Positions 11,422 to 22,428 of a DNA stretch of 34,480 nucleotides are shown piece after piece (the first letter of the stretch is position 1; each line of letters starts with the position of its first letter). The notes beneath the pieces are model-generated. The model was not told where the DNA came from. It saw only the letters and a list, made by a program, of their open reading frames with translations, and did no database searches. Both the position numbers and the translations under genes were made by a program. This DNA is from Bigelowiella natans CCMP2755 (taxonomy: Eukaryota > Protista > Cercozoa): positions 1 through 34,480 of the forward strand of contig ADNK01000743.1 of assembly GCA_000320545.1 (NCBI GenBank), read 5' to 3'.

Positions 11422-14320
11422 AAGTTGTAGTGTCACATCCATTCGTCATCATCACCACAGAGTCGCTTAAGATCATATTTGATTCAGGACGGCTGTTAGA
11501 GGAGGTTGTAGCTAACTAGCTGGGGAGGGGGGGAAGGGGTGAAATGCATGTTTGAGTAGAATTTAGTAAGATCTTACTGGAGTCGACAACGCTGCTGCTG
11601 CTACTGCAGCATTTCTTCTCCTTCGTAATGGAGTCGACGCCGTTACAGCATTTGGCGTTGCAGCATTTGCAGCATTTTTTCCCCTCTGAGGACTCCTCGT
11701 CGTCATCATCATCACCACCTATGGAGGACAGCCTTCGAAGCTTTTTCGTAAGCTTGCCGAGACTGCCCTCCAGCATCTGGACACGGAGATCGAGGTCGTT
11801 TATCGACGCCAAAGTAGATCCTAAAACAATACCATTCATCATTATCATCATCATCATCATCATCATCATCGTTGCCTATCAACATCATTCTAGCAGAAAG
11901 AATGAGAACCAAAAAAAAGGGTCATCGTCCGTATCCCCGACGATGAAGATAATCTATTGCTTTTTAGCTAGCACCTATAGGAGTTGCTGCTGTTATGTTG
12001 TAGCTGAGCGCGTTTTCTCTTGTCAAAATCTTCTGTAGAGGAGGATGACTTAGGGCAGTATAAGTCTCCCCGAGATTCGTTCCCGGATGACCAGTAGGTA
12101 GAGAGGCAGTCGCAGGTGTCGCAGCCGTCGTTGCGGGGATAGAAGCAAGGGGTGTGAGGGAAGAGGCAGTCGTTGTCGGTGCCGCTTCTCGTTCCACAGG
12201 AGGGTTGGTAGGAGGGGGGGGAGATGAGGCAGTTGCAGGCGTCGATACCACCGCCGCGGGAGCAGAAGCTGGAGGCGGGGGAGAAGAGGCTGCTACCACC
12301 GCCGCCGCCGCAGGAGTAGAAGCAGGAGGTGGGGGAGGAGAGGAATTCGTAGGTGCTGTCACCACCGCCGTGGGAGTAGAAGCAGGGGGTGGGGGTGGAG
12401 AAGCTGCCGATGCCGCCACCACCGCAACAGGAGAAGTGGCAGGAGGGGAAGGAAGTGGTGCAGGTGCAGCTACCACCCCTGCAGGAGTAGAAGCAGGAGG
12501 TGGGGGAAGAGAGGAATTCATAGGTGCTGTCACCACCGCCGCGGGAGTAGAAGCAGGAGGTGGGGGTGGAGAAGCTGCCGATGCCGCACCACGGGGGGGG
12601 AAGGGGCGGTGTGCAGGTGCGCGCTACCGCCGTCACAGGGGAAGAAGCAGGAGGTGGGGGAAGAGATGAATTTGTAGGTGTTACCACCACCGCCGCAGCA
12701 GTAGAAGCAGGAGGTGGAGAGGAGGCAGTTGCTGCCGGTGCCGCCACTATCGCTGCAGGGGTTGAGACAGGAGGTGGGGGAGGAGAAGCTACCGTCGCCG
12801 CCGCCAATACCTCAGGAGAAGAGGCAGGAGGGGCGGAGGGAGGAGTTGCTGATGCCGCAACCCCTGCCACAGGAGAAGTGGTAGTTGCAGGAGGAGAAGC
12901 GGGAGGGGGGGACGATGCCACAACCTCCCCCGCCCCCTCTGCAACCTCTTCCGGAATAACTGCTTCTTGGACTTCCTCTGCAGCCTCTTCTGCGACCTCT
13001 TCCGCAGGGAGAGAAGCTGGGGCTGGGGCTGGGGGAGAGGAAGAAGCGGGAGTTACGCTGTTTGCAACCCTGCTCACCACCTCCTCAACTGTCTCTGGAG
13101 GAGAATCTTCCGGGAGCTGCTTGTGGACTGAATGGAGTTTATGCTGCGGATGACTTGGAGGGTTAGTACTCCCTCTTATTCCACGAGGTAGGCTGGTGCT
13201 GTTGATTGGTCCTTCTTCGAGAGACACGAAGGCAGCATGGCGAGCGACCTCAACCTTTTCGTACAGATAGTACCATTTAAAATTTGTTAATAGGAATATA
13301 CTTTTTTCTATTTCTTTAAAATTTCTTCTTAATGTTTTTTTCCCCAATTTTTTTCAATATACTCTTTTATTTAGTAAAGTATATTGTATTTACTGTTTAT
13401 ACGATTCAAGCACATGAAGTCTCAGGGAAGAAAAGGTGGTTCGTGCATGGAACGACTCTATTTTTCTGTGAGTTTGACTATCAACGGCAACCTGCTGCAC
13501 CAACTTCTGAGCGTCCGCAACGCTGCTCTCAATCTTGGAAAATATCATAATAAAGGGACGAAAAATTAAAAGTTTGTTCTTCTGCAGCAGCCCACTGCAT
13601 TCAGTAGCAGCATAGTTTCCACTAAACACCAATACCCCTACCCATAGATATATCTTGCTAGACCGACACATCAAAACGACTAAAGATGTTTGAGTTGGGG
13701 CATTTACGTACGTCTTCGTAAAGTTCCTTAATCTTTGCCTTTGCGGAGTCGCCGGTACTCATCGAGCTTGGAGAAGAAGGCTGATCGTCGGTCACATTGA
13801 TAATTACTTGATGTACGAGAGGGTCTTGCTTCGCTGCTTCCAGTCTGCGAACGATAGAAAGTGACAGACATTCAGAGGCTACGATAGGAACTGAGAATGA
13901 TTGCACCCACATTTCCTTAACGTCTCTGTCGAGGAGTATTTCATCGGCTATGCTGTCCCAATGAGCTTTTCCTTTCTCCCCACGACCGTGCATGGCCTCA
14001 CTGTCAAGTAGCCTGTTATCAAGAATGTGGAGCTTGATGTGCTCTATTCCTGGAATCTTCGAGGATTCTTTAGGTAGGATTCTGCAAGAAATCAAAGCAA
14101 AAAATGTTAGTATGCGAGTTCGTCAGAGTCATAACACAAAAGTCGAAGAAATGTCGCGTTAATCACTGCATGCAGGCTTATTAAATCCACCTGAATCTCC
14201 CTGAGACCGGGTGCCCAGACATAGTCCCGTTGACACCAACAAACATGCCTGCAAATAAAAGAAAACCTGCGAGGGTTTCCACCGTCCTTGCAAGCATTGT
14301 TCTCGTTTGTCCCTTCATAT
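7150..14320 (-). CDS. Large multi-exon protein of unknown function: long Pro/Ala/Ser/Thr-rich repeat region and a C-terminal globular region weakly resembling a discoidin/galactose-binding-like fold
   Basis: Phase-compatible exons run from IPGIEHIKLHILDNR...KELYED|IESSVADAQKLVQQ|VEVARH through PAST-rich exons (12090-13250, 10880-11350) to ...MKGYEASLIGPDVFGEDAFELYS|DRKYKITGEDF...|GYIFAWNDQFPE|TPQQRAPKGWELYGV|GNTELGEG...|DMNPEEQLRLVNEEIFQDFDPPGQDD* (stop 7150-7152). The 5' end is ambiguous (about 14300-14740). There is an apparent frameshift near 12585-12625. Confidence 0.75.
7821..7928. repeat. Compound microsatellite (AC)n-(AT)n-(GT)n, self-complementary, intronic
   Basis: Read directly; the AC arm is the reverse complement of the GT arm. 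Confidence 0.95.
10998..11120. repeat. Copy 1 of a 123-bp near-identical coding duplication (copy 2 at 12117-12239)
   Basis: Both copies encode PATASSPPPPTNPPVEREAAPTTTASSL(P/T)PLASIPATTAAT on the - strand, with only a few substitutions. Confidence 0.95.
12117..12920. repeat. Copy 2 of the 123-bp duplication, followed by a degenerate ~55-60-bp coding tandem repeat (SSPPPPASTPAAVV-type units)
   Basis: Recurring gcaggagtagaagcaggaggtggggg-like cores at roughly 60-bp spacing. Confidence 0.9.
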
Positions 14321-14774
14321 TACAATAAGTAGCTTTGATCCTGTCAGAATTTGTTTCTAATGGTCGCTCTTGCTGCTTCCGATCGTCTCTTATCTTCCGA
14401 GTAGGGAATGCTCAGGGGAGAGGGCAGGAAGCCATACTTCAGCTGAGATACAAATATTTAAAATTTGCCGAAATTTATATTAAGGAACGTGGGTCCCGAA
14501 AAACCAGCGATTGGATTTAGGCGTTCTTCTCATGCTTTTGGTAATTTTTCCTTGTCGCAACTCAAAAATCGCCATATTTACCAAGATCGCACGGGTTTCG
14601 TAGGTGTAGGTTCCGTTTCCGCTTTTGAATTTTTAAAACTTTCTCGGGTCCGACATCCAGAAAGAGCCAGGACACAACAGGGCGGCCGATCGAAGATCTC
14701 TCCCCACGGAACCGAAGTCGCCGACGATACGATTCGTCGCATAAGGCTCTGAATACAGACCAAGAAAATCGATC

Positions 14775-15968
14775 ATGCGTTCCAGAAGCCTCTGGTCCGA
14801 TGTGTATAGAGTATACGTTTTCGGGGCACGTTGTACTAAGCCGCTTCTTTCTTTTAAAGGATTTTCGCATTGGCCGCAGTCGCCTCCCATTCCACTACGG
14901 TTGGAAGGAGAGTAAAGCCAGCTATTTTGGGTATGCGATACGCTACACTCGCTGCACACTGATTAGCGCCCCCTGAATCACAAAATATATGATTTTGCAG
15001 ATATCAGTGGGCACACCGCAACTCCGAAACGGTCAGCCGACAGTCTCCTAGTTGCTTAGTCCCTTTCCCCCCTTTGACAATTTTTTTTGATTTAGGTCAA
15101 ACCCCATTGGCTCGAGCGTAGACAGAGATATCAAGGACATCGAGGAGATCCTCGCTTCCGTCGCACGGCAGCAGGAGTCACCTCGAGACTACTACTCAGA
15201 GTACAGATATGCCGAAGCCAGGAAGCAAAGTGGCCACAAGAAAAAAGAAAATAGGGAACGAAATCGAGAAGGTGAATGAAGAATCCTGAATCTGATAGTT
15301 TCCCCCTGAAAGCTAATGATTTACAGCAGGAAGCTATTCCACGGTCAAGACCCACGAAGCTACCGATAACGCTAATCATATGCAGCATATCCATAGCGCA
15401 TCATCCGAGGTGGTTGCTCTCAATTCACGTTGACGGAATATAATCTCTCTGGCAGGGCCTGACGTTTTATTTTGCAGGCTGTAAAGGGGAACATCATCAG
15501 CCAGATGAGCAGGGAAATGGAAACGCTGGTACGGTTGCAGAACCAGCAAATACAGAAAGATCATGCCAACAGGTAGGGAATCACGTGTGTTATAATAATA
15601 CAGTGGCTTGCGAAGCTGGTATTAGCTAAATTATTGCGCTTGAACATAAAGTTGAAAGAAAGCTCTTATTGAGGACGACATAGTCATTATCATCATCATT
15701 GTCATCAACAACATCTCGATCATCATCATCATCATCGTCATCAATGTATCTGGCAAAAGGCCGTCTGAAATTACTCGGCAAGTTCAGAATGTTTCGGTTC
15801 CGAAGGTAGTGAATATTCAGCACCACCCACTGATGATCTCCTTCGTCAGATATGGAACTGATTCAAACATGAATTAGATTGCGCAGAACCTTGACCAAGA
15901 TAACAACATGGAGGACAATTCAACTTCTCTGGGTATTCGCACCACCCAAATCTTGCGTATGCACGAGA

Positions 15969-16007
<39 letters not shown>

Positions 16008-16665
16008 GAGTATTAGTAGTAGTAGTAGACGACTGGTTATTTTGTATTCATATTTTCTTCAGAAGGAAACTCGGGAGAACTCGAAGAATCTACCCTGAAG
16101 CTCCACCAGCACTACCATGAATCTCAATTTTTGCACAGTCCGTCCGCCAGTACAATATGTCAACTGGATTCGTAGCTAAAGTTGCTGCTTGCTTTTACAA
16201 CAGAGATGAAAAGTGTGGTAGCAAAGCACCTGGAATTCCTCCAAAGGTGCAACATAGATGTCTCGCTCGTGTGTCCATTCTTCTTCCATTCTTCTTTCAT
16301 GACGTTCTTTGTTTGAACCAACAGAAATCTGAGCGCTGTCGTAGACAAAGAGACTGTATTGGAACGAAAGTATGAAAACTCTTAGAATCGATTGCGGAAG
16401 TCGAAATAAACGACCAACTTACACTTCTCAGATTCAAAGGCGCAATGAAAGAGCTCAAAATGAGGGAGCAGAACATAAAGGTGACATTTAGAGGACATAG
16501 CAATATAGCAATACCCGTCACCATCTGAGTAGTCCGCTTCATTTTGAAGGTTGGTGAGAGTAACTTATAATGTTATTTTCTCCAACAGGAAGAGATACTC
16601 GATGTAAAAGCCTTTGCATCTCAACCAGGAGAAGAATCATAAACATATACCTTAAATCGATGTGA
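14775..16665 (+). CDS. Secreted protein of unknown function, probably helical/coiled-coil; about 13 short exons
   Basis: Splicing gives MRSRSLW|IFALAAVASHSTTVGRRVKPAIL|DISGHTATPKR|SNPIGSSVDRDIKDIEEILASVARQQ...|AVKGNIISQMSREMETLVRLQNQQIQK...|KMKSVVAKHLEFLQR|NLSAVVDKETVLERK|FKGAMKELKMREQNIK. The N-terminus is signal-peptide-like. The last-exon frame is uncertain. No family recognised. Confidence 0.7.
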
Positions 16666-17476
16666 CCTGTCAATGCAGATATTATTTCGCCGCAATTATG
16701 TCGTCGCAACAATGCTATTCTTGAACTCGTTTTAAGCCCTCTCAGTGTTGCTTCTATACATTGAGAAACAAATCGTGACAAAATGCAAGACATTTGATGT
16801 ACTGCTTTTACATATCTCCATGAACTGTGACGTGTACAGGCTGCGCATAGCATATACATGAATGCTATGTAAAATGGGACTAGTAGCATGTATATGGACA
16901 GAACGTGTATATGTAGCTATGCTGACGAGACTACACAGCACAACATCGCAGCTAGCTTAGTGTGCAGCTGATATATAAATTATTCATTTTATTACGTTGT
17001 CTATAATTACAAGTCCTAAGTGCGCTGCCGCGCAGTCGCAGGTTTTTAGCCTGCTAGCCTGAGACTGCGTGTGTGAGCACGACGACATCGAATACGTACA
17101 CAGCGTGTTACAGCACATACATAGCCATACCTAGATGAGCAGGAGGCTGCGCGCGTACGTTGCTGATATGCTACAAACAGCGACACTGATTCAGCATTTA
17201 TTTGCAAATGTGGGCTGGCCATCCTGTTAGTCTCGCGCTCGCTATCATGGTGTTGTATGTGCTTTTACATATCTCCTCTAAATAAAACTTGAAGACGCAT
17301 TTTCCACAATCCACGACATTCGAGCTATACCCAATGGTGTGAACATCTGGACACATGGCTGCAGCATGTTTTATTGACATCATGCCGCACAACCACGTAC
17401 ATGCGACACACAACTGTACAGTACATTGCACCCCATCAATATCTTTGCTTCCACGAAGTAAAGGGGTCCCTTCCTT

Positions 17477-18283
17477 TCAACCTTTTCTACCGGGGCGAAG
17501 CACCCAGATCGATCCATCCGACGGCTCTACCTCCATACGATATCCCTGGCCGTGCGACAACTATTCGAAGCACACAGAGATTCATACTGTAAAGTGGCAG
17601 CTATAGATGGTGAACAAGTCGCAAACGATGGGATTTTTCTACATATCGAAGATAGGTTGCGGATGATGCACTTTATGCCCACAGTGCTAGAAAGAGGTGC
17701 CATAATCCATCATCGAAAATCTTCCACGTCTCCTTGCTGCTGCTTTGTGATCCCCCACCCTCTACTGCTAGACAAGTACCTCATTGAATATTGTCATTGC
17801 CCAGTGCTTGTCGTCGGCACTCGCGTGATTTACCTACATGATGCAGCATTTTAGATCTGTGTAATTGCTAGGATCCTCTCGCAGTGTTGTGGCAGTGATA
17901 ATTATCCGATTTGGTGAAGGGCACAATCAGCACAGCGGCTAATGCATAATGTTTACTGAGCTTCGTGTCGTCGCTGGAATAGGCGCTTCCTTTTACATAA
18001 AGACTGAGAAGAGATGTACGCGCTTTTATCTTTACTGACCGTGAAATTGTCATGGCTAGTAATGTGAGCCCTGATAGCCTCAAGTTTCGGACGACGGCGC
18101 TGCTGCTGCCGTGGCAGTCCTTTCCTTCCTTCTCCTCCATTCTTATTCTTCTTCTTCGATGGCCCAGCACAATCATCATCCAGAGCATCACTTAGAATGA
18201 ATTCATACACGACCTGATTGAAAGGAGGGTTACGAGTTGTGAAGTCTGGAAGATGACTTCGAGTATATTATGTGCGAAATTAT

Positions 18284-18317
<34 letters not shown>

Positions 18318-18847
18318 CCGAAATTTCTGGGCGGAATTGTTCGCACGGGCTCTGTCCCTGCTCGCACGCCGTGGGGAAGGTGACGCCAGGAATGAACCGA
18401 AACAAGAGGTCTCCCACCCCGTAAATGATGGGCACTCCTGCATGCTCCTCCATACGCTATCATAGCAAAGAAATATGAGAGATAGCAGATCAAACATTCC
18501 GCATTTTCGCTGTATTTTTCCAAGTCTCATATCAAGCCAAATAGACTTACTTGGATGTGGTGGCTCGATGTGCCCCAGATCATATCGACGGAGCTTCTTG
18601 CTGCGAGAGCCCTCATGAAAGTTTCCCTCTCTCCCGATGGGTTCCATTCAAAGTTCGGGCCTGATGGAGAAGTGTTATGCTGCTCATCTGGCTGAGTATG
18701 CACATATAATATTATATATAAAAAAATATATATATAGTGTGTTTATGTATGTGAGAGTGTGTGTGACTGTAATATTCTCCACGTCATCAAGACAATACCA
18801 TTTCCACAAGTACTACTCAAACGTGCTACCTGCTACTGAAACTCCTG

Positions 18848-18881
<34 letters not shown>

Positions 18882-19429
18882 GACTACAACCAGAATGCAT
18901 GTATAGTACGATGAAATCTCCCTGTCCCTCCTCTGTATCTCGATGGCGATTGATCTAAACATTATCCAAGGATTGGAGTGGAGTGAGGATTATGTGGTGG
19001 TGGGCGGCTACTAGTGCCAAGTGGTAGCAAGCACGGGATGATATTGATCAATTAATAAAATATTCAGTGTGTTATGCTGTGTGTGTGTGCGCGCGCGCGC
19101 GCATATTAATTATTTAGGTCGCAGTTTCACACATACTAAGGCAATGTTTAGTTGATATTTTGAGCTGTAGCTGTAGTCGTGTGCTCTCTTACTACCGCAT
19201 CAGCAATCTCAGTCACCGCTGTTTCCCCCACGGGGAAATCGAAGTACCACAAACCGGGCGCCGTCGCGTTGGCAGCGTAGCACTGGCGCGGGGGAAGTCC
19301 TGACATGGAGGATGGGAGACCTTCCCGAGGGAGAAGAGGTTATTGTTGTTTGAATAGCAGCACATCGAGAAATCGTAAAATTTTAGGATTCGATGATTCC
19401 TTTAATAGGCACTTCAGAGCGCTACATTG

Positions 19430-19477
<48 letters not shown>

Positions 19478-19478
19478 T

Positions 19479-19528
<50 letters not shown>

Positions 19529-19839
19529 GCCAGGATGGGGAATTGGAAGGAGAAGGACAACGGCAAGCATGTAATACATCATTCTTTATTCTGTTTTCCC
19601 GCCTTATTACCACATGTGCAGCTAGTCATTATTGCGCTCCCATTCTCCCTTCGATGACATGTTTGCGCTACGAGAGAGAACACAGCGAGCCGTCGGTTGA
19701 TTCCCGAATTATTGCCAGGGATGGGAATCAACACCGGCTTGCGAACCTCCTCGAAGCTTCCTAGCCCACCATAAAGAAGACGGTGCTTCTGGAGTGTCGA
19801 AATGGTATGGTTGACACCTGTTTGTTCGTTTATGTTTCG

Positions 19840-19883
<44 letters not shown>

Positions 19884-20689
19884 AAGTGAAAGTGCCTCGT
19901 GCTAGTTATCGGGGGGTCCTTTTGGTGGATAAATTCCGCAATATGTAATATTAAGCAGTGACCTTCACCCCAGAAGTCAAATTGATGGTTGTTTGCCTGC
20001 CCGATCCAAGTCACTAATTATACCGAAAAATGGCATGATGGTGATGGCGATGATGAAGAATCTTTTGATGTTACGGAAGCGTACAGAGAAGAGAGAAGAA
20101 ATTATCTCATCGAGGGGAACAGAAAAATGGGAGGGGGGGATGAGGGACGAACATGGTGAAGAAAGATGGGAAATATATGGCTGTGTCTCGTATATAAGAA
20201 CTAGCTCCGAACTATGAGATAACCATTGTTTGCAGCGGTTAAAGCTCGCAAAAAATGCTTCGGATCTTCGTATCTGTAGCCGCTAGAGTGCCGATCAGGA
20301 TATATGCTAGCAATACTCGATTCGTGATTCATCAGCAGAGCATCGAACCCTGTGCAATCATTCATTACCCTCACCGTTTCTCATGATGCAAATGTCAGCT
20401 AAACCTCTCAATGTTGTGAGAAGGTCTCCCCAGACGTCTTCTGGTTCGTTGACGCCCGCAATGCCCGACTTTGGGTCCGTGAAAAGGTTGAAATCACCAG
20501 TAACTCCAAAGGAAAACAAGCGCCGATTCGCCACCACTTTGGCCGCAGCCGAGGGCTTTTAGAATAATCAAAATGCATCAATTATAAGGGGTATGGAGGA
20601 TTTATGCTCCAAAGTTTGACCTGTGATCCGAAGTTGATAAGTGCAAGCATTATCATGAATCCACGAATCGCCACCCCCTCCATCGCCAT
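17477..20689 (-). CDS. CapA/PGA_cap-family protein (metallophosphoesterase fold) with signal peptide
   Basis: The spliced product has the family motifs in order: MAMEGVAIRGFMIMLALINFGSQ|PSAA (signal), FGVTGDFNL, PEDVWGDLL, LMNHE, QANNHQFDFWGEG, LYGGLG, YAANATAPG, VLYMHSGPNFEWNP, VDMIWGTSSHHIQ, PIIYGVGDL, FRPEISVVY, FTVNHA, ending ...DGSIWVLRPGRKG*. Confidence 0.88.
19432..19522. repeat. Compound microsatellite (CT)n-(CA)n-(GA)n, self-complementary arms, intronic
   Basis: Read directly. Confidence 0.95.
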
Positions 20690-21112
20690 GGCTGTCGAAG
20701 CGAGGTTAATTTTTTTGCTAATCAGTGCTCACATTACTCAGATTAGCTAAAAATATTCGGATATTTATGGGATACTTTGACTTCGTGTCGAAATTATTGT
20801 TTTCGTTATTGCATTGAATTTCTTTGTCTGGCACGTTCAGCTTGGTCAAGCGTTGCTAGATTAATCCAATAAAAATCTAAGATCTATAATTTTTGTCGTA
20901 GACCAAAATTACCTTGGGTTCTTTAACCTAGATCTAAGAAAAATTTGGTCAGAGTTTTTTTTCAACTTTTTGCTTTTGAAGTGCCACGCGACGGCCTCGT
21001 AGCACCGCAAATTGCGAGAATAGGGACATCATTTTCCATGACGACAATAAAAAATATGCCAGAATTTCTAGAATTGAATTAAACGGGGTGTGATCTAGCA
21101 GCCACACTTCGA
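20690..21112. promoter_or_regulatory. Probable bidirectional promoter between the CapA-like and glutaredoxin genes
   Basis: 423-nt AT-rich, microsatellite-free interval between two divergent start codons. Confidence 0.55.
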
Positions 21113-22342
21113 ATGATAGGCCGGCAGCGTACGGGATGGGGGACATTGGTCCCCCTTCTTCTCGCCCTGGTGGTGGCGGTGATCTTCTTGAGTGGGGGAA
21201 GCTTAAACGGAAACCTATCCCGCGGAATCGTTCGACCTCAGATTCGAGCACATGTTTCACAAGGCATGATGGTTCCGCGAGGATCCTTTGCAGCCTCAAA
21301 ATCCCAGCGGTACTCCACCTTCGTGCGATCTCAAGAAAAGCCGGAATACGAAAAGTTCATGGTCGTAATAAGAGGATATATGATAAAATTCAAGAAAGCA
21401 GCTCCTGAGATATGTATGCTGATTTCAGGATTCTCCCATTGGAAACTTCATTCAGGGACTGTCGAAGTCCCTCTCCTCTGGGTTCATGGGACAGGGAAAA
21501 GTCGCAATGATCAAAGCTATGGCAGGCGAGTATGATGAAGCAAAAACACAAGCCTCTATTGACAGGTAAGCAAGAACAAAAAGTCCAAATTTGCACCTAC
21601 TAATTAAATGATTACTCAGCTACATCAAGGACAACAAAGTCGTGATGTTCAGCTTCACTAAATGACCCTTCTGGTATCGCAAACCACACAGAGAATGACA
21701 TAAAATTTTAGTCTGAAAATTTTCTGCTATTGTTTGCCGGTTCTCACGTAATTTACTCTATAAATGCAGCCTGAAAGCGAAGGCTCTTCTGGAGGAGAAG
21801 GGCGCTAGCTTTCAGGCCATTGAACTCGATCAGATGGGAGGTCCTACCAACTACTACTTCTTGACCATATTCCTTGTAGACTTTTTTTACAATAGTACGC
21901 AATATCATATTTGCACATGTTTTTGGATTTTTCTCGCGAACCTAACTCCTTCTTGAAACACAAAGATGAGGGGAAAGCCCTCCGAGCACAGCTAGGTGTG
22001 ATGACGGGTCGCACCAGGTAATAGTTGGTATTAAACTTATGCTGTTTATTTGCTACTCTTGTGACTGCTTCAAACATCCTCACCACAATTATACTATCCT
22101 GGCATGATACTAAATCAATTCTCTTATAAGCGTGCCGAACATCTGGATCGATGGTGAAGGAATTGGCGGCTGCAACGATGGGCCCGGTGATGAATGAGAA
22201 CATTTCTAATACCGCAATCGTACTCCTGTACTAATTTGTGTATCGTGTGGTACCTTTCTAATTACAAATATATTCAGGTATTATGACCCTTGACCGAGAG
22301 GGTAAGCTGGATCCCCTGCTGAAGGCAGCTGGAGCACTCTAG
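21113..22342 (+). CDS. GRX: Selenocysteine-containing glutaredoxin (UPFC active site) with bipartite signal + transit-like leader; 227 aa
   Basis: Exons 21113-21361, 21429-21565, 21620-21673, 21770-21840, 21966-22017, 22131-22186, 22278-22342 (684 nt; all introns GT-AG, phases consistent). Product: MIGRQRTGWGTLVPLLLALVVAVIFLSGG...AGEYDEAKTQASIDSYIKDNKVVMFSFTK-U(TGA 21663-21665)-PFCLKAKALLEEKGASFQAIELDQMGDEGKALRAQLGVMTGRTSVPNIWIDGEGIGGCNDGPGIMTLDREGKLDPLLKAAGAL*. The class I Grx motifs SVP and GGCND are intact downstream of the TGA. Confidence 0.95.
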
Positions 22343-22428
22343 ACGGATGATCAAGACAGCCAACACCAACGGTGTTTAAAGCAAGCTTTTCTCCAAATAT
22401 ATCTTGCAACAAGCTCTTGCGATTGATC

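Noticed and set aside
12245-12920. CRISPR-like spaced repeats
   Set aside because: The units are degenerate, in-frame coding repeats in a eukaryotic gene, with no constant repeat plus unique spacer and no cas genes.
10921-13153. Long Gly/Ala-rich plus-strand ORFs (10921..11394, 12154..12669, 12560..13153)
   Set aside because: Antisense shadows of the Pro/Ala/Ser-rich minus-strand exons.
21663-21665. Glutaredoxin as a pseudogene, or a reassigned genetic code (UGA = Cys/Trp)
   Set aside because: There is no other lesion in the gene, the TGA is exactly at the catalytic site, and a SECIS-like element follows. TGA serves as an ordinary stop in neighbouring genes (7150, 17477, 30718).
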